From Clostridiales bacterium (GTDB lineage Bacteria > Bacillota > Clostridia > UBA1381), in contig JAQXXM010000060.1 of the NCBI GenBank assembly GCA_029226065.1, forward strand, positions 1 through 62,497: 62,497 bases of DNA, in the 5' to 3' direction. A program made the position numbers and the translations under genes. Shown one piece after another: positions 20,754-31,200 of the stretch. The notes beneath the pieces were generated by a model. That model worked only from the letters and a program-made list of their open reading frames with translations. It ran no database searches and had not been told where the DNA came from. Each line of letters begins with the position of its first letter. Position 1 is the first letter of the stretch.

Positions 20754-21620
20754 TTAATTATTCCTATCAATTAAGAAGTCTGTAAGCTCTGCCAAGAACG
20801 ATGCTTTTTCGCCAAATGGCATTAATGAAGCTTTGGCATCTTGTGAATATTTGTCAGCCAACTCTATAGACTTGTCTATTCCAAGCAAACTCACGTACGT
20901 ATTTTTATCAGATTGTACATCAGAGCCTACTTTTTTGCCGAGTGTTTTTGTATCACCTATTACGTCAAGAATATCATCTCTTATTTGGAAAGCAATACCC
21001 AGATTAATTGCAAAGTCCTTGACAGCTTGTATTTCAAAATCATCGGCATCTGATAGTATCGCACCTATTACACAAGCAGAGCGTATTAAGGCACCTGTTT
21101 TTAGTGAGTGAATGTACTTTAACGTATCAAGTCCGATTTGTTTTCCTTCGGATTTTAAATCTACAACCTGACCGCCTATCATACCTTCTGTACCGCTTGA
21201 AAATGCCAGTTCCTTTAGTGCATCAAGTATAAACGGTGATTTTGACTGAAGTGCTGTTTCGAATGCCTTATTCAGCAATCCGTCACCTGCAAGAATTGCT
21301 ATATCTTCTCCGAATTTTATATGATTTGTAGGTATACCACGACGTAAATCGTCATTGTCCATTGCCGGCAAATCATCGTGGATAAGAGAATATGTATGAA
21401 TCATTTCAAGTGCACAGGCAAATTCTTTAATGGTGTCCCAATCAGCACCGAACATTCTTGCCGTTTCAAGCATCAATATGGGACGCAAACGCTTTCCGCC
21501 TGCAAAAACACTATAACGCATTGAGTCATAGACAATCGACTGCAAATTATTATCGTCGGGTAAAAACTCATTTAGTGATTTATCTATAAATTCTATTCTC
21601 TCTTTTAATTTATTTTTCAT
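20754..21620 (-). CDS. ispA: Polyprenyl (farnesyl/geranylgeranyl) diphosphate synthase
   Basis: First and second aspartate-rich motifs: LIHDDLPAMDNDDLRRG and FQIRDDILD. Confidence 0.9.
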   Translation of the reverse strand: MKNKLKERIEFIDKSLNEFLPDDNNLQSIVYDSMRYSVFAGGKRLRPILMLETARMFGADWDTIKEFACALEMIHTYSLIHDDLPAMDNDDLRRGIPTNHIKFGEDIAILAGDGLLNKAFETALQSKSPFILDALKELAFSSGTEGMIGGQVVDLKSEGKQIGLDTLKYIHSLKTGALIRSACVIGAILSDADDFEIQAVKDFAINLGIAFQIRDDILDVIGDTKTLGKKVGSDVQSDKNTYVSLLGIDKSIELADKYSQDAKASLMPFGEKASFLAELTDFLIDRNN

Positions 21621-21844
21621 TCAGCATCACCGAAATCCTTTTCGATAATTTCGCCGTCATCGGAAGATGTCAGAACTTTAACTTTTTTTTCTGCTTCATC
21701 AAGCTTTTTTTGACAAAAATTAGCAAGCTTTATTCCTTTTTCAAAGAGTTCAAGTGATGCATCAAGAGTGATATCGCCTGCTTCAAGCTTTGAAACAATA
21801 TCTTCAAGTTCTGTCATTGACTGTTCAAATGTTTTAACTGCCAT
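21617..21844 (-). CDS. xseB: Exodeoxyribonuclease VII small subunit
   Basis: 75 aa. Typical FEQSMTELEDIVSKLE...LE.SL..FE.G N-terminus. Overlaps ispA by 4 nt and lies downstream of xseA. Confidence 0.9.
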   Translation of the reverse strand: MAVKTFEQSMTELEDIVSKLEAGDITLDASLELFEKGIKLANFCQKKLDEAEKKVKVLTSSDDGEIIEKDFGDAE

Positions 21845-21873
21845 AACTATTATTCCCTTTCAAATCCAAATTA

Positions 21874-23055
21874 TTATTTAACCATACATATAACATCGCC
21901 GTCTTTTACCTTTAGAGTAAAATCCATATTTTTTGTAAAATCTTTTGTTTCTCTTAAAACTGTACCCTCTTGATTTACAGGTATTGAATAACCTCGGGTT
22001 AGTGTTTTTAGCGGACTTAGAGCATCAAGCTTTGCACTACATTCCGACATTTCACGTCTTTTTTGATTTATCACAAGCTTGTATACCTGCTCTAAAGTTT
22101 GGATACGCATATCGAGCTTTTGTGAAAGCTCGTTTATTTTATCCTGCGGGTTTTTAGGCATCAATCGTGCAAGAGTTTTTTTGTTCCTGTCTATAAACGA
22201 TAACGATGCCGTATTCATTCGTGAGGTATAAATGCTTATTAATCGTTTCAGTTCGTCAGCTGACGGAACACTGATTTCAGCCGCCGCAGATGGTGTGGGA
22301 GCTCTTAAGTCAGAAACAAAATCTGCTATTGTGAAGTCTGTTTCGTGACCTACAGCCGAGATAATGGGTATTTCAGAGTTAAAAATTGCACGTGCAACAC
22401 ATTCCTCGTTGAACGCCCACAAATCCTCAATACTTCCGCCGCCTCTACCTATAATTAAAGTATCTACAGACTTCGTAGCATTAAAATACTCAATTGCTCC
22501 TACTATACTTTCTTTTGCTCCGTTGCCTTGTACAAGTGTCGGATATACTACTATTTCAGCTAATGGGTATCTGCGTGTAATAACGTTTATTATATCCCTT
22601 ACCGCCGCACCTGTTGTAGCTGTTGCAACACCTATTCTTAACGGGAATTTCGGTATTGGTTTTTTATATTGTTCGTCAAAAAGGCCTTCTTCTGAAAGCT
22701 TAGCTTTAAGCTTTTCAAACTCACGGTATAAATCACCTATGCCATCAAGCGTCATATCTTCAATATATAACTGATATGCTCCGCCTGCTTCATATACAGA
22801 TATTCTGCCGTGAGCAATAACCATTGTCCCGTCTGAAGGCTCAAAGTCAAGACCTGATGCTGCAGCACGGAACATTACCGCCTTTAATATGCTTCCCTCA
22901 TCTTTGAGTGTCAAGTATATATGCCCCGATGAATGGCGTTTATAGTTTGATATTTCGCCTTTTACCCAAATATTATTTAAAACAGACTTGCTGTCTATCA
23001 AACGTTTTATGTAGTTATTCACTCTTGATACAGTGCCTATTACACGTTCTTCCAT
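21874..23055 (-). CDS. xseA: Exodeoxyribonuclease VII large subunit
   Basis: 393 aa. N-terminal OB-fold region (VSRVNNYIKRLID..VWVKGEISN), catalytic RGGGS.EDLW motif and a coiled-coil tail. Confidence 0.9.
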   Translation of the reverse strand: MEERVIGTVSRVNNYIKRLIDSKSVLNNIWVKGEISNYKRHSSGHIYLTLKDEGSILKAVMFRAAASGLDFEPSDGTMVIAHGRISVYEAGGAYQLYIEDMTLDGIGDLYREFEKLKAKLSEEGLFDEQYKKPIPKFPLRIGVATATTGAAVRDIINVITRRYPLAEIVVYPTLVQGNGAKESIVGAIEYFNATKSVDTLIIGRGGGSIEDLWAFNEECVARAIFNSEIPIISAVGHETDFTIADFVSDLRAPTPSAAAEISVPSADELKRLISIYTSRMNTASLSFIDRNKKTLARLMPKNPQDKINELSQKLDMRIQTLEQVYKLVINQKRREMSECSAKLDALSPLKTLTRGYSIPVNQEGTVLRETKDFTKNMDFTLKVKDGDVICMVK

Positions 23056-23969
23056 CTGTTTACTCCTTTGAATGTCAAAATTGCAATTCCGACTGCGTTA
23101 TCGCATGCCAATTCCTTTGACGCAAAATATATATTTTCACCAAATTCAGCTTTTAGCTTATTGCGTATAATAGAATTTGATGCGACACCGCCTGCGAGCA
23201 GAACTTTATCTGTTCCTGTCTTTTGTATTGCACTATATAGCATTTTCTTCAATATTTCCGCAATATATACAAGAACTGTCCTTGCTATAACAGGATTTTG
23301 ACCATCTGTCTGATTTAGTAATTTTGTTTCTACCCCGGACAGATTTACGTATGTATCTTTAACGGAATATGGTAATTTAATTACCTCGTTTGTTTTTGAT
23401 GCGAGCAGCTCCATTTCTTTACCGCAAGGGAATTTTAAGCCCATTTTTACCCCTACCCTATCTATAAGCTGTCCGACACTTATGTCAAGCGTTCCTCCAA
23501 CTATTTCGTTCTGAAAAGATATGTTGTTATATTGTGAATATAATATTTCCGTTGTTCCGCCTGATAAATGCACTGACAGGAACGGCTCTTCTAACAATGA
23601 ATATGCGTTTGCAGAGTGTATACCTGCCATTATATGTCCGTCCTGATGAGAAAATTCATAGCACTTTATACCAAGGGCGGCGGATATTGCTCTTGCATAT
23701 CCGTGTCCTACGGTGAATACAGGCATATATGAGCCCTCGGCGTTTCTCGGTTTCGTACTTACACCTACAGCATCAATTTTGACATTGTTAAGAATACTCT
23801 CAAGCATATCGGGCAATTCACGGTTATGTATAAAAACGCCGTCACTTTGACGTATGCCACGCATTCCCTCTTTTACATCAAGTATTTTACGAGCCATTTT
23901 GTAGTCTGTACCATCAAATAACGATACAGATGTAGTGTAGTTACTTGTGTCAATCCCAAGAGTAATCAT
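23040..23969 (-). CDS. Kae1/TsaD-family (ASKHA fold, peptidase M22-like) paralog
   Basis: N-terminal GIDTSNYTTS, metal-site-like HQDGH and C-terminal GGVASN. 309 aa, shorter than canonical TsaD. Confidence 0.65.
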   Translation of the reverse strand: MITLGIDTSNYTTSVSLFDGTDYKMARKILDVKEGMRGIRQSDGVFIHNRELPDMLESILNNVKIDAVGVSTKPRNAEGSYMPVFTVGHGYARAISAALGIKCYEFSHQDGHIMAGIHSANAYSLLEEPFLSVHLSGGTTEILYSQYNNISFQNEIVGGTLDISVGQLIDRVGVKMGLKFPCGKEMELLASKTNEVIKLPYSVKDTYVNLSGVETKLLNQTDGQNPVIARTVLVYIAEILKKMLYSAIQKTGTDKVLLAGGVASNSIIRNKLKAEFGENIYFASKELACDNAVGIAILTFKGVNRWKNV

Positions 23970-24376
23970 AGCTCACGCATTACACTGCCCAATACACCGT
24001 TAATGAAAGACGGCTCTTTTTCATCGCAGTATTTCTTTGCAATTTCTACAGCTTCGTTTATTGCTACCTTAGGCGGTACATCATCGCAATATTTCATTTC
24101 ATAAACACCCAATAGAAGAATTGCACGTGCAACCTTAGATAAACGCTTGAAAGTCCAACCGTTTTTTAAGTGCTTGCTTATTTCTTCTGTTAATTCTTCT
24201 TCATGCTCCAAAATCCCGTCGGTTACTTCCGTTATATAACCTAGATTTTGTTCACATTCGGGTATTTCATTGAGAAGTGCCTCACGTGCCTCCTCCATAT
24301 TTTCACGCTGTGTTTCAAACTGAAATACCTGTGTAAAAATTGCTTCTCTTGCTTCGCTTCTTGTTTGTTTTTTCAT
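23966..24376 (-). CDS. nusB: Transcription antitermination factor NusB
   Basis: 136 aa. Family-typical R..AR..A.Q.L at the N-terminus and INEAVE.AK...........FINGVL at the C-terminus. Confidence 0.9.
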   Translation of the reverse strand: MKKQTRSEAREAIFTQVFQFETQRENMEEAREALLNEIPECEQNLGYITEVTDGILEHEEELTEEISKHLKNGWTFKRLSKVARAILLLGVYEMKYCDDVPPKVAINEAVEIAKKYCDEKEPSFINGVLGSVMREL

Positions 24377-24476
24377 ACTGAATTCCTTTCACGGATTTAT
24401 GTATTTACCTAAACTGTCCGCCTGCAATTAAAAGTTATTGTAATTGCAGATAAATAACAGTATTAATTTTATCTAA

Positions 24477-24505
24477 ATTATACCATATTAACATCGGAAA
24501 ATCAA
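24477..24505 (-). promoter_or_regulatory. Putative sigma-A promoter for the nusB operon
   Basis: Minus strand reads TTGATT, 17 nt, TATAAT, with TG at the extended -10 position. Confidence 0.45.
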
Positions 24506-24524
24506 GTAAAATAAAGGTGTTGTG

Positions 24525-25667
24525 TTATTTTTTCTTACCGGGCTTGTTGCCGTAATACTGGTATAACCAGCATCTTAACATACCATTGTAGATTTTTCGT
24601 CTTCTGTCGGCACGTTTGCCAAACTCTTTTTCAAACTCCTCATGCGACGTAAGGATATAATACGACCATTTCGGTAGCTTTGAAAAAGACGGGTTTAACG
24701 CTTTGTATAAACGTTTACTTTCCTCTATATCGCTCAAACGCTCACCATAAGGTGGATTTGTTATTATAGAGCCTGCCTCACGCTGTGTTATGATTTTTCT
24801 TGCATCTTTTTCCTCTGTCTTTATAAATTCTGATACACCTGCTCTTTTTGCATTTTCTTGCGTTATTTCTAACGCATAAGGATCAACATCACTTGCTGTA
24901 ATATCGAGAGTGACGTTATGGTGAATACTGTCTTTTGCTTCAGTTATCGTATCATCAATAAGTTTTTTATCAATCTGCGAAAAATTCTCAAACGCAAAGT
25001 GACGTGTTAATCCAGGTGCAATATTTCGCTTGAACATTGCAGCCTCAATAGGAATTGTGCCTGAACCGCAAAAGGGGTCAATCAACGGCTCTTCAAACTT
25101 CCAATAGCTTATCATTACCATTGATGCGGCAATAGTCTCTCTTAAAGGTGCAAGATTAGCCTGTTTTCTATAGCCTCTCTTATGCAAAGCATCACCTGTT
25201 GTATCTATCATAAGTGTTACAACATTATTTATTATTGTAAACTGAACCTGATAGACTGTTTGAGTTTCTGACAGCCATGAAACAGAATATTTGTGACACA
25301 GTTTATCTGCAATAGCTTTTTTTATCATAATCTGACTGTTTCTGTCACTGTTAAGAGTTGAGCGTATCGTACGGCCTTTTACAGGGAATGCATCGTCTTT
25401 CATAATAAAGTTTTCCCAAGGCAGACTATAAACACCGTCATACAGTTCGTCGGCTGTTTCCGCTTTAAATTCACCTACTTTTATAAGCACACGTTCTCCG
25501 CATCTGAGCCACATATTAGCACGGCATACAGCATCAAAATCACCATCAAAGGTAACTCGGCCATCTTCTGTTTTTTTGGTGTCATAACCAAGCCTGTAGA
25601 GTTCTTTTGATACAAGAGCTTCAAGCCCAAACAATGTCGGTACAACAATTTCAAATTTATCATTCAT
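24525..25667 (-). CDS. THUMP-domain class I SAM-dependent RNA methyltransferase (RlmL/YpsC-like)
   Basis: N-terminal THUMP-like region, SAM motif DPFCGSGT and catalytic NPPYG. Confidence 0.8.
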   Translation of the reverse strand: MNDKFEIVVPTLFGLEALVSKELYRLGYDTKKTEDGRVTFDGDFDAVCRANMWLRCGERVLIKVGEFKAETADELYDGVYSLPWENFIMKDDAFPVKGRTIRSTLNSDRNSQIMIKKAIADKLCHKYSVSWLSETQTVYQVQFTIINNVVTLMIDTTGDALHKRGYRKQANLAPLRETIAASMVMISYWKFEEPLIDPFCGSGTIPIEAAMFKRNIAPGLTRHFAFENFSQIDKKLIDDTITEAKDSIHHNVTLDITASDVDPYALEITQENAKRAGVSEFIKTEEKDARKIITQREAGSIITNPPYGERLSDIEESKRLYKALNPSFSKLPKWSYYILTSHEEFEKEFGKRADRRRKIYNGMLRCWLYQYYGNKPGKKK

Positions 25668-25671
25668 AAAG

Positions 25672-27906
25672 CTATCTCCGTTTCTTCTTTCGTGTATACG
25701 TGGATTTATGTTTTTCTTTACGCAGTTTTATTGGTTTACTGTGTTGTGTAATCCTCTGGATATTAGAAAAGGTTGCATCTTCGCTTAAAACAAAGTCTAT
25801 TCGTCTGCTTAATATATCCGCAGCCGCAACAACAATCTCTACCTCGTCACCTATCTTGTATTCCTTGCCTGTTCTTTTACCTATAGCAGTGTGAGTTTTA
25901 TCGTTATATTCAAAATAATCAGATTGGATAGACTGATATCTTATAAGTCCCTCGCATGAATTTTCAAGTATTGCAAAGATACCGAATGATGTTACTGATG
26001 AAACGACTGCATCAAAGACTTCACCCAAATGCTCTTGCATATATGCAGTTTTCAAAATCTCTACAGCATCACGTTCAGCATTCTCCGCACCAACTTCCTT
26101 GTCGCTTGATATGATTGATGCATCAATTGCTTTTTTCTCATAAAAAGCACGCTTTGTATCGTCTAAATTACCCGAAATAAAATCCTTTAACACTCTATGG
26201 ATAAATAAATCGGGATAGCGTCTTATAGGTGATGTAAAATGACAGTAATAACGTGATGCAAGTCCAAAATGACCGTCATTTGTATCACGGTAACACGCTT
26301 TCATTAACGATCGTAGCATTATTTTTGAAATCATCATCTCCTCGGGTGTTCCTTTAACTGCCTTTGCTATTTCCTGTAAGGCTTTAGGGTGTATTGTATC
26401 ACTGTCAAGCTTGCTCTTAAGAGAATGGCCAAAATTCTTAATAAAATTATTAAAATCAGTGAGTTTCTCTGTATCGGGAGCTTCGTGGACTCTATATATA
26501 AACGGCAATTCAGACCAAAAAGCAGTTTCAGCTACTGTCTCGTTTGCAGAAAGCATAAATGACTCGATAAGCCTCTCTGAATTACCACGTACATCTTTTT
26601 GTACATCTATTGGGTTGCCGTTATCATCACATACTATTTTCGTCTCAGGAAAATCAAAATCTATAGCACCCCGCTCATCACGTTTCTTAATAAGCTGTTT
26701 TGATAGCTCGTTCATTTTATATAATATGGGTGATATATCCTTATATTCGTTTATCAGCTCTTTATCGCCGTCTAATATTTTATTCACATTAGCATAAGTC
26801 ATACGTGCATGTGAATGTATAACGGATTTTGTTATTCTTTGTGAATGTAGGTTTGCATTTAAATCATATTCCATAAACACACTTAATGTAAGTCTGTCAA
26901 CATCAGGGTTCAGAGAGCATATACCGTTTGATAACTTTTGCGGCAGCATTGGTATAACAATATGAGGGAAATAAACGCTCGTTGCCCTGTTTAAAGCCTC
27001 AGTATCGAGTGCTGAATTTTCTTTGACGTAATGTGTCACATCCGCAATATGGACACCTAAAAGCATATTTCCGTTATCTAAAATTTCAAGCGAAACAGCA
27101 TCGTCAAAGTCTCGCGAATTATCTCCGTCAATGGTGAAAGTTATTATATCACGCAAGTCCTCTCTGTCCTTAATATCCTCCTCGCTTACCTCATCAGGGA
27201 TGCTTTCAAGTTCTGATTGTACCTCGTCACTGAAATCTAAACAATAATTGTTTTCTAAAATTACACCGTTTAAACAACTGAACAAACTGTCACTCCTACC
27301 AAGAACAGTCAAAACAACACCATAAGCTTGCCCTCTCTCGGAATATTTGTCTATCTTAACAAGTACACGATCGCCTTTTTTTGCATCCATTGCCATTGGC
27401 ACAGGGACTAAAACATCAGAAAAAAACTCACGTCTGTCAGGGGCTATAACGTATTTGCCGCTTTTTATTCCTCTTACAACGCCTACAATCTGAACATTCC
27501 CTCGTTTAATGACATTAACAATATGTCCTTCTCTGCGAGAATGTTCATTTTCGCTTTTATCTATATGAACTAATACTTTATCACGATCAAATGCACCATT
27601 CATTGCATTAAGAGGTATAAATATATCCGACTCACCCTCTTTTTCGCATCTGACAAACCCGAAACCACGTGATGAATTACAAGACAACGTGCCAACTACC
27701 AATTGAGGACTATTGTCGGTTCCAATATATTTATTCTTCTTTGTTTTAAAAATTTTTCCCTCATCAACCAACTCGTCAAGAAGTTGAGCGAGTTCCGTAT
27801 AATCTGATTTTGGCACGTCAAGTAAAACCGCTATCTCATCAATTTTAAGCGGTATATAATTTTCGTCAGATATAAATGCAAATAGCTTTTCTTTTCTGTT
27901 CATCAT
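25672..27906 (-). CDS. rnr: Ribonuclease R
   Basis: Cold-shock-like N-terminal domains, RNB catalytic region (DFDDA, HFGL, YCHFTSPIRRYPD), C-terminal S1 domain and a basic tail. Start is ambiguous: ATG at 27936, 27906 or 27903. Confidence 0.9.
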   Translation of the reverse strand: MMNRKEKLFAFISDENYIPLKIDEIAVLLDVPKSDYTELAQLLDELVDEGKIFKTKKNKYIGTDNSPQLVVGTLSCNSSRGFGFVRCEKEGESDIFIPLNAMNGAFDRDKVLVHIDKSENEHSRREGHIVNVIKRGNVQIVGVVRGIKSGKYVIAPDRREFFSDVLVPVPMAMDAKKGDRVLVKIDKYSERGQAYGVVLTVLGRSDSLFSCLNGVILENNYCLDFSDEVQSELESIPDEVSEEDIKDREDLRDIITFTIDGDNSRDFDDAVSLEILDNGNMLLGVHIADVTHYVKENSALDTEALNRATSVYFPHIVIPMLPQKLSNGICSLNPDVDRLTLSVFMEYDLNANLHSQRITKSVIHSHARMTYANVNKILDGDKELINEYKDISPILYKMNELSKQLIKKRDERGAIDFDFPETKIVCDDNGNPIDVQKDVRGNSERLIESFMLSANETVAETAFWSELPFIYRVHEAPDTEKLTDFNNFIKNFGHSLKSKLDSDTIHPKALQEIAKAVKGTPEEMMISKIMLRSLMKACYRDTNDGHFGLASRYYCHFTSPIRRYPDLFIHRVLKDFISGNLDDTKRAFYEKKAIDASIISSDKEVGAENAERDAVEILKTAYMQEHLGEVFDAVVSSVTSFGIFAILENSCEGLIRYQSIQSDYFEYNDKTHTAIGKRTGKEYKIGDEVEIVVAAADILSRRIDFVLSEDATFSNIQRITQHSKPIKLRKEKHKSTYTRKKKRR

Positions 27907-27941
27907 TTCATTCCCATCTATACAGTTAAAACTCATTCAAT

Positions 27942-28445
27942 TTAATTCTGAATGAGTTTTAATATTTCTTCGGCAAAATGGATTGGCTCATAGTCGTTGG
28001 AGACTTTAATCTTGTAATCACAATCAGCGTAAAAAGGTAGCCTGTCCTCAAAACGTTTCTTTATATCAGAAATATCGCTGTCCTTTAAAAGCGGTCTTGT
28101 TGCACGAGCATTATTAAGGCGTTCTGCAATAACGTCAAAATCGGGTGCAAGATTTACAATTATACCGTTTTTCCTTAAAACCGCCATATTATTTTTATCA
28201 AGTACAACACCGCCTCCCGTGGAAATGACGGTATTATCTAATTCTGATACTCTGCATATTATATTATGCTCTAATTTGCGAAATCCTAATTCACCTTTTT
28301 GGGCAAAAATTTCGTTTATTGTCATTTTCGCTTCTAATTCTATTAATGCATCAGTATCAACTAAGTCAAAGCCTGACAGTTGGGCAATTTTTTTCGATAT
28401 TTGTGTTTTGCCCGAAGCCATAAATCCCGTAAGAACTATATTCAT
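27942..28445 (-). CDS. aroK: Shikimate kinase
   Basis: Walker A GFMASGKT directly after MNIVLT. Start trimmed from the track ORF to the ATG overlapping the aroE stop (ATGA). Confidence 0.9.
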   Translation of the reverse strand: MNIVLTGFMASGKTQISKKIAQLSGFDLVDTDALIELEAKMTINEIFAQKGELGFRKLEHNIICRVSELDNTVISTGGGVVLDKNNMAVLRKNGIIVNLAPDFDVIAERLNNARATRPLLKDSDISDIKKRFEDRLPFYADCDYKIKVSNDYEPIHFAEEILKLIQN

Positions 28446-29296
28446 TTTGAAAAAACCTCTTTTCTTATCAAGCCTGGCATCTGGGCAGGTAAATGAGTAT
28501 CTGTAAACAGCTCGTAAGCCAAGACACCTTGACATATAAGCATATCAAGACCATTCATAGTTTTTGCACCTTTTTCTTCCGCATACTGTAAAAATTTAGT
28601 TTTTGGCGGATTATATATCATATCAACTGCTGTAGTATTTTCTGTGATGAAGTCCGCATCGGAAATATCAGGAATACTCTCCCAAGGAAGTATGTCCGAC
28701 ATATCAGCCATTCCTGCCGTTGTAGTATTGATGACAATATCATACGAGTCTGACTTTATTTGCGTTTCTATATTAAATCCCGTTATATGAGTTATTTTTT
28801 CGGCAAGCTTTATTGCCTTTTCCTTAGTGCGATTTACGAGCGTTATACTTTTGGGATTGGATTTTATTATACGCACAAGTGCAGGTATAACTACACCTCC
28901 GCAACCCATTACAAGAATATCCTTACCCTCAGTCTCTGTACCGTTATTAACAAGTGACATATAAAAACCTTCACTGTCAGTATTGTAGCCTGTCAATATG
29001 CCGTTTCTGTTTACAATAGTATTTACAGAGCCTAATATCTGTGCTTCGGGTGAAATCACGTCAAGATATTTCATCACCTCAATCTTATGCGGTGCTGTAA
29101 CGTTAATTCCGCATATACCCAATGCACGAACACCCCGTATTGCATCTTGAAGCATATCAGGAGCAACAGTAAAAGCGGAATATGTATAGTCTAACTGTAA
29201 ATAATCTGATATGAAATTATGCAGCAGCGGCGAAAAACTGTGGTCTGCGGGATAGCCAATAACCGCAAGCTGTTTTGTTTTTCCTGTTATGGTCAT
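28442..29296 (-). CDS. aroE: Shikimate dehydrogenase
   Basis: N-terminal IGYPADHSFSP, NVT.PHK and the NADP site GCGG. 284 aa. Confidence 0.9.
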   Translation of the reverse strand: MTITGKTKQLAVIGYPADHSFSPLLHNFISDYLQLDYTYSAFTVAPDMLQDAIRGVRALGICGINVTAPHKIEVMKYLDVISPEAQILGSVNTIVNRNGILTGYNTDSEGFYMSLVNNGTETEGKDILVMGCGGVVIPALVRIIKSNPKSITLVNRTKEKAIKLAEKITHITGFNIETQIKSDSYDIVINTTTAGMADMSDILPWESIPDISDADFITENTTAVDMIYNPPKTKFLQYAEEKGAKTMNGLDMLICQGVLAYELFTDTHLPAQMPGLIRKEVFSK

Positions 29297-29307
29297 AATA
29301 TCACCTA

Positions 29308-29979
29308 CTAAAAATTATTATTAAAGCCGTTCAATAAACGTGTTGCATACGTTGAATTAACCATTTCCCAATCAAATGAATACGGTTTCATCCCCGATTC
29401 TATAAGTGATGCGTATACTGTATCATAAGATGACTTGGGTACAGTCGATGTATATACCTGATTTTCAATAAAATCGTGAATCATAAACTCCAGTCCGTCA
29501 TCACACACTTTACCAAATCTGCAGTTTCTTTGTTCGCTTTTCTCTATGTCCTGTGATAAAATCATAAGCTTAATCACTTCAACTGCCTTATCGTTAAGCT
29601 CATTATCAAATATCAAAACTTTTTCGAGTAATTCGTTATAATCTGTCACAAAACGAAGATTATAGCCCTCAAGCTTTGATAACTCGCCGCTTTTTGATGA
29701 GGAGTCTTTTATATTTGTAAACATCTGCTCTTTTACCACAGGATCATTTGTAGGCGTAAATGAAATCATAAGCTTTTTATCTTCGTCATGATAAAGCAAT
29801 GGGTTTGGCATTAATGCAATATGTTCACACGATGGGCATTTAAACATATTTATTTTACCCGACAGTAAATCTGCCTTAAGATCTGCACTGTCTTTAACTG
29901 TTATTGAACTCCATACAGTAACATCTGACATTTGCGAACAGTTCGGGCATTTAACCGACTGTTTTGAATTTATACTCAT
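29308..29979 (-). CDS. CpXC domain-containing protein
   Basis: Paired CPNC ... CPSC motifs about 35 residues apart in the N-terminal 60 aa. 223 aa. Confidence 0.65.
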   Translation of the reverse strand: MSINSKQSVKCPNCSQMSDVTVWSSITVKDSADLKADLLSGKINMFKCPSCEHIALMPNPLLYHDEDKKLMISFTPTNDPVVKEQMFTNIKDSSSKSGELSKLEGYNLRFVTDYNELLEKVLIFDNELNDKAVEVIKLMILSQDIEKSEQRNCRFGKVCDDGLEFMIHDFIENQVYTSTVPKSSYDTVYASLIESGMKPYSFDWEMVNSTYATRLLNGFNNNF

Positions 29980-30123
29980 AAATCAGTCTCCATTCTCATT
30001 TTTCTTACTCTCATATTATACTATACATCCCATTAATAATCAAGTATTTTTTTATCGTTTCCAGTCATAAATATCCATATTTAAACGTAATATAAAGTAC
30101 AAGCAAGCGAAAGGACAAGTGCT

Positions 30124-31200
30124 ATGAAAGGGTTTAAAACCTATATAATTACAAAACAGACTTTAATGATCTTGTGTGCCGTTATAGTTATATTAATCAT
30201 TATAATTACTTCAGCTATAACGCTATATAAACAAAGCAAATCTAATGATGCAGTGACAGCTTTTTCAAATGTAGGCGAAAAGATACTTGACGAAGGAGTA
30301 GTAAGCGAAAAGGACACGCATACAGCGAAAAAGATTGCCGAGGATATACTTGGATTTGATGCAGAGGACCCCATATCTATAATAAAAAGCTCAAATACCG
30401 TCTATGATGATAAAACTCCTGAGCCTACAAAAGCTCCAACACCCTCTCCTACTATTAAAACAGCAGAGCCGACCTCTGTTCCATCAAATCAAATAAAAAT
30501 AAATAATGCAACTAATTACAACGTAGATATCAACGAATTAATTACATCGCCACTTGATTTGGAGTTTAACAAGGAGAACTCGGAGGTATTGATTATTCAT
30601 ACACATACCACAGAATGTTATGACGGTAACGAAATGGCAGGCGAAGGAGAAAGAACTACAAATGAAGAATATAATATGTGTCATATAGGCGAAGTGTTGG
30701 CAAATACGCTAAATTCTTATGGCATAAAGACCATACATGACAAGACTATACACGATTACCCCTCCTATCAGGGTGCATATACACGTGCTTTAAAAACAAT
30801 TGAAAAAAATCTATCGGAGCATCCGTCAATAAGGGTTATTCTTGATATTCACCGTGATGCGTATATATACGCTGACGGCAGTAAACTTAGAGTAAGTACG
30901 GAAATTAATGGAGAAGATGCGGCACAGGTGATGCTTGTTCTTGGCACAGATAGTATGGGATTAGAACATTCCAATTGGAAATCAAATCTTGCTTTTGCGG
31001 CAAAGATACAGAATACGGCACAGGGAATGTATCCTAACCTTATGCGGCCGTTGAATTTGAGAAGAGAACGATTTAATATGCATCTTAGCAAAGGCTCTCT
31101 TTTGTTAGAAATCGGCAGTAACGGTAACATTATTGACGAGGCGGAAAGGTCTGCTCAATACATAGCTAACGCAATCGCATCGGTACTTATTAATGGCTGA
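30124..31200 (+). CDS. spoIIP: Stage II sporulation protein P (engulfment amidase)
   Basis: N-terminal TM anchor, low-complexity linker, then IIHTHTTECY ... ILDIHRDA ... LLLEIG motifs typical of SpoIIP. Confidence 0.8.
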   Translation: MKGFKTYIITKQTLMILCAVIVILIIIITSAITLYKQSKSNDAVTAFSNVGEKILDEGVVSEKDTHTAKKIAEDILGFDAEDPISIIKSSNTVYDDKTPEPTKAPTPSPTIKTAEPTSVPSNQIKINNATNYNVDINELITSPLDLEFNKENSEVLIIHTHTTECYDGNEMAGEGERTTNEEYNMCHIGEVLANTLNSYGIKTIHDKTIHDYPSYQGAYTRALKTIEKNLSEHPSIRVILDIHRDAYIYADGSKLRVSTEINGEDAAQVMLVLGTDSMGLEHSNWKSNLAFAAKIQNTAQGMYPNLMRPLNLRRERFNMHLSKGSLLLEIGSNGNIIDEAERSAQYIANAIASVLING

